A stretch of 28,934 bases of DNA. It comes from Gemmatimonadota bacterium. GTDB taxonomy: Bacteria; ARS69. Both the position numbers and the translations under genes were made by a program. Position 1 is the first letter of the stretch, and every line of letters starts with the position of its first letter. Below are positions 8,473-16,457 of this stretch, piece by piece. Location: positions 1-28,934 of the forward strand of contig JAGQIB010000222.1 of the NCBI GenBank assembly GCA_020431545.1, given 5' to 3'. Below the pieces are notes generated by a model. The model was not told the DNA's origin, did no database searches, and was given only the letters and a program-made list of their open reading frames with translations.

Positions 8473-10331
8473 CGTCGCGTTCCTTCCTGTCCGTTCGTCG
8501 TGGCCGCGAGGCCGTGCTCGGCGACGTGCGCCTCGATTTGTCCGAGCAACGACTCGAAGAGGTCGAGCGTGTCCCGGACCGGTCCGTTCGTCTCGAGATC
8601 GACGCCGGCGCGCTTCAGGATCTCGAGCGGATAATCGGAATCTCCGGCGGCCAGGAAGCCGAGATAGTCGTCTCGCTCCTTGTCGCCCCCCGCGAGGATG
8701 CGTCGCGAGAGGGCCGTCGCCGCGGAGTATCCGGTGGCGTACTGATAGACGTAGTACGCGGTGTAGAAGTGCGGAATGCGGGCCCAGCCGAGGCCGGCGC
8801 GCTCGTCGAATCCGAGGTCCGGGCCGAGGATGCGCCGGTAGATCTCCCCGTAGACCTCGCTGATCGAATCCGACGTAAGCGGCTCGCCTCGCTCCGCCAT
8901 CTCGTGCAGGCGCAGCTCGAACTCCGCGAACATCACCTGGGTGATCACCGTCCCCCGGATCTGATCGACGTACTGGTTCAGCAGCGCGAGACGGAACCCC
9001 GGATCCTTCGTGGTCGCGAGCAGGTGATCCATGAGGATCGCCTCGTTCGTGGTGGACGCGACCTCGGCGAGGAAGATCGGATAGTGCGAGTACCAGTAGG
9101 GTTGCCGCAGGTTCGAGTAGTACGAGTGCATCGCGTGACCCATCTCGTGGGCCAGCGTGAACAGGTGATCGAGCGTGCCCTGGTAGTTCATCAGCACGTA
9201 CGGATGAGTCGAGTACGCTCCCCACGAGTAGGCGCCGGAGCGCTTGCCGCGGGTTTCGTGGACGTCGATCCAGCGTCCTTTGAGGCCGCCCCGCAACGCC
9301 TCGACGTACTCGCCGCCGAGCGGCGTGAGCCCCTCCTCGAGCAGCGCGCAGGCCTCCTCCCACTCGAACTGGCGGGCCGGGCCGGAGGCGAGCGGCACGT
9401 ACAGGTCGTAGACCTGGAGATCCTCGAGCGCGAGCAGACGCTTGCGGAGGGCGACGTAGCGGTGCACGACCTCCTTGCGCTCGTCGATCGTGCGGACCAG
9501 ACCGCGGTAGACGTCCTCGGAGATCCGCTTGGGAAACAACGCCGCGGCGAGGCTGCTCGGATAACCGCGGACCCTCGAGTAGAAGATGTCCCGCTTCACG
9601 GAGCCCGCGAGCAGCGACGCCACGGTGTTGCGGTGCTTCTCGTACCCTTCCGTGAGCGAGTCCCATGCGTCGCGCCGCACGCGCCGATCCGGCGACTCCA
9701 TGAACTTCGAGTACCGTCCCTTCGTGAGCTCGACCTCGCGCCCCTCCTCGTCGCGCACGGCGCGGAACTCGAGGTCGGCGTCGTTCAGCATGCCGTAGAC
9801 CGTGCGCGGAGTGCGGGTGACCTCACCCGCCATCGCGAGGATCTCCTCCTCGCGCGGAGTCAGCGTGTGCTCCTTGACGCGAACGAGATCGTCGAGCCAG
9901 TGGCGGCGATCCGCGAGTTCCGGCGCCTCGGTCCACGCCCGCAGCGTCTCCGCGGGCAGCGCGAGTATCTCCGGCTCGACCCACGCCGTGACCTCCGCGA
10001 CCTTCGTCCCGAGCCCGGCGGCGCGCTCCGCCATTCCCTGGGCGTCGGTGGCGCGCGTGTCCTGGTCCCGGAGGAGGTGGGCGTACACGTAGATCTGATC
10101 CAGACCGGATCCGATCTCCGACTGCAGGCTCAGCACTTCGGCCAGGTTTCCGGGTCCCCCGGCGATCGATCCCTTGCGCGCGAGCATCGGCTCGAGCAGG
10201 GAGGCGACGCGATTCAGCTCGGCCTCCCAGGCCTCCCGGGTCTCGAAGATGTGCCCGAGCTCCCAGCGGCGCTCGGCCGGAATCCGGTCCCGCTCGGGGA
10301 CGGCCTGGGGCGCGAGTTCGGATGTGCTCAT
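8469..10331 (-). CDS. pepF: Oligoendopeptidase F (M3B metallopeptidase)
   Basis: Start ATG 10331 (MSTSELAPQAVPERDRIPAERRWELGHIF). GKRSGAYSWG, TLAHEMGHAMHS (HEXXH), FLAEVAST and WARIPHFY-x-x-YYVYQYATG motifs. 620 aa. Confidence 0.96.
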   Translation of the reverse strand: MSTSELAPQAVPERDRIPAERRWELGHIFETREAWEAELNRVASLLEPMLARKGSIAGGPGNLAEVLSLQSEIGSGLDQIYVYAHLLRDQDTRATDAQGMAERAAGLGTKVAEVTAWVEPEILALPAETLRAWTEAPELADRRHWLDDLVRVKEHTLTPREEEILAMAGEVTRTPRTVYGMLNDADLEFRAVRDEEGREVELTKGRYSKFMESPDRRVRRDAWDSLTEGYEKHRNTVASLLAGSVKRDIFYSRVRGYPSSLAAALFPKRISEDVYRGLVRTIDERKEVVHRYVALRKRLLALEDLQVYDLYVPLASGPARQFEWEEACALLEEGLTPLGGEYVEALRGGLKGRWIDVHETRGKRSGAYSWGAYSTHPYVLMNYQGTLDHLFTLAHEMGHAMHSYYSNLRQPYWYSHYPIFLAEVASTTNEAILMDHLLATTKDPGFRLALLNQYVDQIRGTVITQVMFAEFELRLHEMAERGEPLTSDSISEVYGEIYRRILGPDLGFDERAGLGWARIPHFYTAYYVYQYATGYSAATALSRRILAGGDKERDDYLGFLAAGDSDYPLEILKRAGVDLETNGPVRDTLDLFESLLGQIEAHVAEHGLAATTNGQEGTRR

Positions 10332-10571
10332 CGGTCGGAAACTCCTGGCTTGCGGGGGCTCCGGCTCACGAAGGCTCCGGGGGGACCCGATATTGTCTAC
10401 GGCAGAGGGGGGGCCTGCAAGCGCGATTCCCGGCGCGGCGGTTCGGCGCGCGAATGGGCGCTTTCCGCACCCTCCGGACGCTTTTCGGAGGCGCGCAGGG
10501 GGTGTATGGTCCCGGCGTTCTCCGTCGCGTCGAACGGTCTCCATTCCACCCTCCGGAAACCGAGGTTTCTC

Positions 10572-11171
10572 ATGCGCGCACGCTCCCTGACCCTCGTCCT
10601 CGCGATGATCACCCTGCTGCCCGCCTGCGGCGGCAAGACGATCACGCGCGTCGACCCGAACGAGGCGATCGACCTCTCCGGTCGCTGGAACGACACGGAC
10701 TCCCGCTACGTGGCCGAGGCCCTGATCTCGGACTGCATGAACGCCCCGTGGCTCTCGCGTCACATGAACGCCTCGTCCCAGCGGCCGGTGGTCGTGGTGG
10801 GCCCCGTGCGGAACAAGGCCATGGAGCACATCCCGGTGGACACGTTCATCAACGAGATGGAGCGAGCCTTCATCAACGACGGGCGAGTGCGCGTCGTGGC
10901 CGACGCGGGCGAGCGCGTGGACATCCGCGCCGAGCGCGAGTCGATGCAGGGCAACACCACCATGGAGTCGCTGAAGCGCTTCGGCAAGGAACTCGGCGCC
11001 GACTACGTGCTGGCGGGCGAGGTCAACCAGATCAACGACCAGGAAGGCGGCGAGAAGGTCGCGTTCTTCCGCACGGACCTCGAGCTGATCAACGTCGAGT
11101 CGAACGAGAAGGTCTGGTTCGGCACGCACCAGATCAAGAAGTTCATCGCCCGCGGCCGCTACTCGGGCTAG
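10572..11171 (+). CDS. lpoB: Penicillin-binding protein activator LpoB-like lipoprotein
   Basis: Start ATG 10572; lipobox LLPA|C. TRVDPNEAIDLSGRWNDTD, VRNKAMEHI and FGKELGADY are typical of the LpoB-like family. 199 aa. Confidence 0.8.
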   Translation: MRARSLTLVLAMITLLPACGGKTITRVDPNEAIDLSGRWNDTDSRYVAEALISDCMNAPWLSRHMNASSQRPVVVVGPVRNKAMEHIPVDTFINEMERAFINDGRVRVVADAGERVDIRAERESMQGNTTMESLKRFGKELGADYVLAGEVNQINDQEGGEKVAFFRTDLELINVESNEKVWFGTHQIKKFIARGRYSG

Positions 11172-11176
11172 TCCCC

Positions 11177-12607
11177 GTGAGCACGCGGATGCCGCTCTCG
11201 CGACTCCGGTCGTGGGCTGTGCTCTCGTCGGCGCTCGTCGCGTCGACGTGGTTCACGTCGGGTTGCGCCACCTACTCGCAGAAGGCTCTCGCGGTGCGGG
11301 AGCCGCTGATTCGAGGCGACTTCGCCGGCGCCGAGACGTTTCTCGTGGAGGAGAAGCCCGGCGGCGACGGCCTCCCGTACCTGTTCGAGCTCGGTCTCGT
11401 GCAGCGCTACGCGGAGCAGTTCGACGCGTCGAACGAGACGTTCGATCAGGCGGAGCTGCTGATCGAGGACCTGTGGACGAAGTCCGTGTCCAAGGAACTG
11501 CTCGCGTTCGCCACGAGCGACGAGACGATCGCGTACGACGGCGAGATCTGGGAACGCGTCCTGGTCAACTACTACCGGGCGTTGAACTACATCGACCTCG
11601 GCCGCTACGAAGACGCCCTGGTGGAGTGTCGCAAGCTGAACGAGCGACTCCGCGTCTTCGCCTCCTCCACGGACGATCCGCCGACGTACGAGACGGACGC
11701 CTTCGCGCTGTGGATGACCGGCATGCTGTACGAGGCCGGCGGCGACGTCTCGGACGCGTGGGTCTCGCTGCGGCTCGCGGACGAAGCCTACGGTCAATGG
11801 AAGGAATCGTACGGCGTGGCGGCACCCGTCGCGCTGGAGCGGGATCTGCTGCGACTCGCGACCGCGCAGGGGTTCCGCAATGAAGCCGATGAGTACCGCG
11901 CCCGCTTCACGGAGGGCGAGGGGGCGCGCTGGTCCGCCGACGATCCGGATCTCGACCCCAGCGGCCGGGGCGAGATCGTGCTCTTCTGGGAGGAGGGCTT
12001 CATTCCCGCCAAGGTCCAGGCGGAGGCCACGATTCCGATCCTCGAGGACGAGTGGGGCGATCACTGGATCGAGCTCGCGCCGACCCTGGCGAACCGCTAC
12101 CACCACCCGGTCCGCTACCGGAAATCCACGCTCGAGTATCTGCTTCGCTTCGCGCTCCCCGCCTACCCGCCGCCCGCGCCGAACCCTCACCGCAGCCACG
12201 CGCGAGTCACGCTCGACGGGGAACGCGCGGTGACCACGGAGCTCGCGAGCGATCTGGAGGCGATCGCGCGGCACGGACTCGAGGACCGCTCCGGCAACAT
12301 CCTGCTCCGGACGATCGCGCGCGGACTCGCGAAGTACGCGATGACGCGCGCCGCCCGGAAGGAGAACGAGGTGGTGGGCGTACTCACGAACCTGCTGACC
12401 GCCGCCACGGAGAAAGCGGACACGCGGAGCTGGATCACGCTGCCCCGCACGATCCAGGTGGCGCGCCTCGTGGTTCCGCCGGGCACGCACGACCTCGAGA
12501 TGGTCTGCTTCGGACCGGACGGGCGAGAGAAGGAACGGGTCGGGTTCGCCGGCGTCACGGTGGGGGCGAACGAAGTTCGCTTCCTGTCGCACCGCACGTT
12601 CGAGTAG
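11177..12607 (+). CDS. COG3014-like TPR lipoprotein
   Basis: GTG 11177 (or ATG 11189), 5 nt after lpoB; lipobox FTSG|C. YDGEIWERVLVNYYRALNYIDLG...ALVECRKLN and EKADTRSWITLPRTIQVARL match this family as I recall it; it commonly neighbours lpoB. Confidence 0.75.
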   Translation: MSTRMPLSRLRSWAVLSSALVASTWFTSGCATYSQKALAVREPLIRGDFAGAETFLVEEKPGGDGLPYLFELGLVQRYAEQFDASNETFDQAELLIEDLWTKSVSKELLAFATSDETIAYDGEIWERVLVNYYRALNYIDLGRYEDALVECRKLNERLRVFASSTDDPPTYETDAFALWMTGMLYEAGGDVSDAWVSLRLADEAYGQWKESYGVAAPVALERDLLRLATAQGFRNEADEYRARFTEGEGARWSADDPDLDPSGRGEIVLFWEEGFIPAKVQAEATIPILEDEWGDHWIELAPTLANRYHHPVRYRKSTLEYLLRFALPAYPPPAPNPHRSHARVTLDGERAVTTELASDLEAIARHGLEDRSGNILLRTIARGLAKYAMTRAARKENEVVGVLTNLLTAATEKADTRSWITLPRTIQVARLVVPPGTHDLEMVCFGPDGREKERVGFAGVTVGANEVRFLSHRTFE

Positions 12608-12624
12608 GCGCGACCGGAGGGAGA

Positions 12625-13500
12625 TCAGTCCTCGGGCGACGTCGGATCGTCGCCGGAGGCGGCATCGGCCGCCGCGTCGAGCTCGGCATCCGTCGCCGCG
12701 TCGAACTCGGCGCGATCCAGCCACCACCGACGACCGCAGCGCGGACACAGGATCTCGACGCCGGGGTCGCCCCGGAACAGCTCCTCGGGATCCTTCTCGA
12801 ACAGACCGCGCACGAGCTCCATCATGCGATCCGGATTGCAGCCGCACAGGAACTTGTACACACGTCGGCCGAGCGACTTGAGCTCGTCGTCCACGATCCC
12901 GAGCGCCTGATCGCGCGAGAGGCCCTTGAGCCACTCGTCGTCCGCCTCCGGCAGGGCCAGCAGCATGGCGAAGTGCGCGTCGTCGATCTCCACGAAGCGC
13001 GCGGTCGCCTGCTCGGAGCGGTCCCAGTACTGCTCGAAGATCTGGAGGATATCGAGTCCCTCGACCTGCACCACGCTCTGGATCGGCGCGGCGCCGAGGC
13101 GACTCGACTGCACGAAGATCCGGCTCTCTTCCGAGGGCTTCACGTCCTTCGTGAACACCCGACCGACCACCGTGCACTCCGTGTTGTCGCCGGTGAGGAA
13201 CACGTTCGTGGGCGGATGGTGGACGTTGATCGTGAACCCGACCGTCTCGCCGTCGGGACGCGCGGCGAGGTGCAGCGCGGCCGCGCCGAGTCCCTGCCGC
13301 ATGAACGTCTGCGAGAGGTCGTCCGGTTCGGACTCCCAGCGACGCACATGGTCGAGGTAGGCCGCGAACAGCGGTCCGAAATCCGCGCGCATCACGAGGA
13401 GGTCGTGCTCGCGGTCGATCAGCCGATGGATCGTGGCCTCCCCGACCCGGTCCACCGGATGCTCGTCGTCGCTGCGGGGCGCTGGGGTGGAATCGGTCAC
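12625..13500 (-). CDS. hslO: Hsp33 (HslO)-like redox-regulated chaperone
   Basis: Start GTG 13500 with AGGAGG RBS. C-terminal Zn motif CGC-x30-CPRC (12838-12846 and 12736-12747) fits the Hsp33 CxC-x27-32-CxxC pattern; the N-terminus is divergent. 291 aa. Confidence 0.75.
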   Translation of the reverse strand: MTDSTPAPRSDDEHPVDRVGEATIHRLIDREHDLLVMRADFGPLFAAYLDHVRRWESEPDDLSQTFMRQGLGAAALHLAARPDGETVGFTINVHHPPTNVFLTGDNTECTVVGRVFTKDVKPSEESRIFVQSSRLGAAPIQSVVQVEGLDILQIFEQYWDRSEQATARFVEIDDAHFAMLLALPEADDEWLKGLSRDQALGIVDDELKSLGRRVYKFLCGCNPDRMMELVRGLFEKDPEELFRGDPGVEILCPRCGRRWWLDRAEFDAATDAELDAAADAASGDDPTSPED

Positions 13501-14279
13501 GGACCCTCCTCGGACCAGGAAGAGGAGCATAGCGGGGACCGCGCCAGGCGCAACCTCGATTCCGGCCCCGGTCGGGCCGGCGGTCCGGACGAGTAGATCA
13601 TGCGCGCGTCGTCGCGATTCACATGGATCCGCGTGAAGCTTCGCGTCGCGGCGTCCGGCCGCTCCATCGACACGGTGTACGCGGACGGTCCTCCGTGCGT
13701 GCTGCGATGGAACGCCAGGAGCTCCGCGAGCCCGGGTTCGGCCGCGGATCGCCCGGGAGGCGACGTCGCCGGATGCCCGGTGACGCGTTCGTACTCCGCG
13801 CGCCGGGCGACGCCGACCGCCGATTCGTCGAAAGACGAGGAGACGAGCGGTCTTCGGTGTTCGGCCGAGACGTCGACCCGGAAGGACGCGCGATCCCACT
13901 CGGCGACGAGCGCCGGTCGATCCGGCGCGACCACGAGCAGCCGGAACGGTCGGTAGGGATCCGGATCGAAGCGATCGAGCGCGGCCCGGACGCCGGCGAG
14001 CGCGCGATTCCGCGCGAGCTCGGCGACGATCCGACCGCGAGTCGTGTAGTCCCTCGGCTCGAGCGGGACGTGGATCCCGTTCAGGAGTCCGAACGTCAGG
14101 CCGCACTCGTTGACGGCGATCCACGTGCCGCCCGCGTCGCGGTCGGTCGGTGCGAGCCAGCGGACTCCGTCCCGCTCGAACTCCGCGGGAGGATCCGCCT
14201 CCGCGCGAGAGAGCAGCTCATCTCGATTGAAGAGCAGATCGTAGCCGTCCGGACGACGTCGCCACGTGACCGTGCACAT
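13497..14279 (-). CDS. NRDE/TANGO2-family protein (Ntn-hydrolase fold)
   Basis: Begins MCTV (N-terminal Cys after Met removal); LFNRDE motif; D-x-x-AGGTWIAVN-x-x-G; RGRIV. Stop overlaps the hslO start (GTGA). 260 aa. Confidence 0.9.
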   Translation of the reverse strand: MCTVTWRRRPDGYDLLFNRDELLSRAEADPPAEFERDGVRWLAPTDRDAGGTWIAVNECGLTFGLLNGIHVPLEPRDYTTRGRIVAELARNRALAGVRAALDRFDPDPYRPFRLLVVAPDRPALVAEWDRASFRVDVSAEHRRPLVSSSFDESAVGVARRAEYERVTGHPATSPPGRSAAEPGLAELLAFHRSTHGGPSAYTVSMERPDAATRSFTRIHVNRDDARMIYSSGPPARPGPESRLRLARSPLCSSSWSEEGP

Positions 14280-14374
14280 CCCGCCCACTCCCGACTCGGG
14301 TGCCCGGCCAATGTACCGGAACCGTCGCCTCGCGTCGGCTCCGGCGGGTCGGGGGCCTTTCGGTCAGGATCGGG

Positions 14375-14392
14375 TGACGGCGAATCCCGTCA
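14375..14392. terminator. Short hairpin overlapping the stop of the hypothetical gene
   Basis: TGACGG-CGAATC-CCGTCA, a 6-bp stem only. Confidence 0.2.
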
Positions 14393-15292
14393 GCTCCCGC
14401 TGCGACGGTGTCCGGGCCTCGGTGCCTCCGGTTCGCCCGGCGAACGCACCTGGTTCGGCGAGATCGCGAGCAGGTGCGGCGCTTCCATCGTGCCGGAGGG
14501 TCGACGTTGCCGGGCCGACGGCGCCGAGACGCCCTGCCCGGTGGCGACCTCTCGCAGGTGGACGCGTAACGAAGTGCGCTCCGTGGCGGGCAGATCCGCG
14601 AGCGTCTCCCGCGCACGCGCGATCGAACGCTCGAGCGTGGACGCGAAGCGCGCGCGATCCTCCCGTCGATCCAGATCCAGCGTGGACATCGAGGTCTCGG
14701 CCAGCCAGTAGTGACCGGCCGGCGCGGCCTCACCCCAGGCGTAGTCCCGATCCACGGCCGCGATCATGGATCCGCGCCGCGCGACGGCCGCGGGAATGGT
14801 CTCTCGCGCGCTCTCGACGAACACGCGCTCCGCGTCGCGCGCCCAGGCCTCCACGATCGCGCGACAGACGCCGTCGTAGGCGCCGAGCGACGGCCAGGAT
14901 CCGACGCGCTCGTACGCTCGCCTCACGATCCGGCGCACGACGGCTTCGCGCGGCACCGCCACGAAACGTCGCGCGGCCTCCGTGTGCACGAGCACGAGCA
15001 GGCGATGCGAGATGATCTCCGTGGCGAGCGTCGCGACGATCGCCGGCAGCTCCGCCAGAGCCGCCTCGAGCGGACCTCGCAGCGTCGGCGGCGCGTCGAG
15101 CGCGCGCCGGAGGTCGCGCTCGAGACGACGCCGGGCGCGGGATCGCCCGAACAGGAACGGCAACGGCAACCCGACCCTCGCCCGTCGCTCCGCGATCGAA
15201 CCGGCGTGGCGGACCCACTCCTCGAAGATGGCCTCGTCGAGGATTCTCGCCGGGAGGACGGGGCGACCTCCGACCCAACGAATGCGCTCCAT
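14390..15292 (-). CDS. Hypothetical protein (Arg/Ala-rich, mostly helical; no family recognised)
   Basis: ATG 15292 (MERIRWVGGRPVLPARILDEAIFEEW...). Third codon positions are strongly G/C in this frame and the ORF fills an otherwise empty 900-bp gap. Weak RBS; start uncertain. About 300 aa. Confidence 0.6.
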   Translation of the reverse strand: MERIRWVGGRPVLPARILDEAIFEEWVRHAGSIAERRARVGLPLPFLFGRSRARRRLERDLRRALDAPPTLRGPLEAALAELPAIVATLATEIISHRLLVLVHTEAARRFVAVPREAVVRRIVRRAYERVGSWPSLGAYDGVCRAIVEAWARDAERVFVESARETIPAAVARRGSMIAAVDRDYAWGEAAPAGHYWLAETSMSTLDLDRREDRARFASTLERSIARARETLADLPATERTSLRVHLREVATGQGVSAPSARQRRPSGTMEAPHLLAISPNQVRSPGEPEAPRPGHRRSGS

Positions 15293-15711
15293 GACGTTTT
15301 CCGCGGGGGAAGATGTCCGCTCGGGGGAGCGGTGCCGGAGCCCGAGGGGGTCGGGCGGACGACGCCGGGGGGAAGGCGCCCTTCCCGGGAAGTATCGGCC
15401 GGATCGAACGCGGAATTCACCCCGCTCTGGACCGGAACGGGACCCGGACGGGAGGGGGCCCCGGCCGTCGTGCCCTGGAAACCCGCTCACAGGCCGTTTC
15501 GCGGAACCGATGGGCACGACGGACCGGGAAGATCGCGACCCGCGCCGACGCCCCCGGAAGGGCAAACCGGCATCCCCCCTGGGTCGCGAAGAGGTCGGGG
15601 CCTGCCGAGGGCCTTCGTCCTCGTTCCGTACTTCCGGCGAGGTCCCGTTTTTTGAGGATCGATGCCGCATGAAGAAGTGAAGCGCCCGCGGGCGAAGTTC
15701 CGCTCCCCGCG

Positions 15712-15766
15712 GCACGATCCCCGCACGATCCCGGCGCGATCCCGGCGCAATCCCGGCGCGATCCCG
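15712..15766 (+). repeat. Five tandem 11-bp direct repeats, consensus GCRCRATCCCS
   Basis: GCACGATCCCC / GCACGATCCCG / GCGCGATCCCG / GCGCAATCCCG / GCGCGATCCCG, contiguous and intergenic. Confidence 0.95.
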
Positions 15767-15779
15767 GCCGGCGAGAACC

Positions 15780-15809
15780 TTGACCTCCCCCCGACGGCCC
15801 GGGCATGCT
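15780..15809 (+). promoter_or_regulatory. Putative sigma70-type promoter for the sigma-like gene: TTGACC-N18-CATGCT
   Basis: -35 TTGACC at 15780-15785 (5/6 match), -10 CATGCT at 15804-15809, then an AAGGAG RBS before ATG 15849. The repeat array ends 13 bp upstream of the -35. Confidence 0.5.
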
Positions 15810-15848
15810 GGCCCTGGCCGTTTTCGCGGGGCGCAAGGAGCCTCGAAC

Positions 15849-16445
15849 ATGTCTGGTGGTTTCGATGCCGGCGCGTACCTGTCCGGCATGAGCGACGACG
15901 AGTGGAAGCATCTTCTCCGGGATCTCGGTGACGCCGCGAGCCGATTTCGCCGCAAGACCGGCAACCGCCTCCCCGAGGACGTGACGGATTTCGTCTCCGG
16001 GTGCGTGGCGAAGCTGCTTCGGGAGCCTCACAAGTGGCAGCCGGAGCGCCGCCGCCACCGGCGGCCCCTGCCCGAAGAGCTCCGGGCGTATCTGGTGCGC
16101 GCCATCTGGTGCGACATCCTGAGCTTCCTGGAGAGTGCCGGGGTCCGTCGCCGCGAGGATTACGAAGACGCGATTCGCGCATGCCCGGAAATGGCGCCCT
16201 CGCCGGAAGAGTTGATGATGAAACGGGACCGGGCGAACTGGATCGCGCGGATGCGCGAGTTCCTCCGGCCGTACGGCTACACTCCCCTGTTCGATCTGCA
16301 CTTCATCGAGGGGTGCAAACCGCGGGAGAGCGCGCGTCTGCTCCGGATGCCGGTCGAACGGGTGTACGCGCACATCCAGCAGATCAAGGTGCTGCTCCGT
16401 CGTCACTTCGGCGACGACGGCTTCCTCGAAGATCTGCTCGCCTGA
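15849..16445 (+). CDS. Atypical ECF-type (sigma-70 family) RNA polymerase sigma factor
   Basis: ATG 15849 with AAGGAG. Region-2-like LPEDVTDFV...KWQPE...LRAYLVRAIWCDILSFL and region-4.2 HTH-like LFDLHFIEGCKPRESARLLRMPVERVYAHIQQIKVLL. 198 aa. Confidence 0.7.
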   Translation: MSGGFDAGAYLSGMSDDEWKHLLRDLGDAASRFRRKTGNRLPEDVTDFVSGCVAKLLREPHKWQPERRRHRRPLPEELRAYLVRAIWCDILSFLESAGVRRREDYEDAIRACPEMAPSPEELMMKRDRANWIARMREFLRPYGYTPLFDLHFIEGCKPRESARLLRMPVERVYAHIQQIKVLLRRHFGDDGFLEDLLA

Positions 16446-16457
16446 TCCGGAGACCGC

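Noticed and set aside
15712-15766. 11-bp tandem array as a CRISPR array or replication-origin iterons
   Set aside because: Units are contiguous with no spacers and are far shorter than CRISPR repeats. There are no cas, rep or dnaA genes, DnaA boxes or extended AT-rich unwinding element nearby.
15662-15931. 89-aa ORF spanning the repeat array (RTIPARSRRNPGAIP)
   Set aside because: Low-complexity translation of the repeats; it overlaps the sigma gene's promoter, RBS and start, and has no recognisable RBS or motif.
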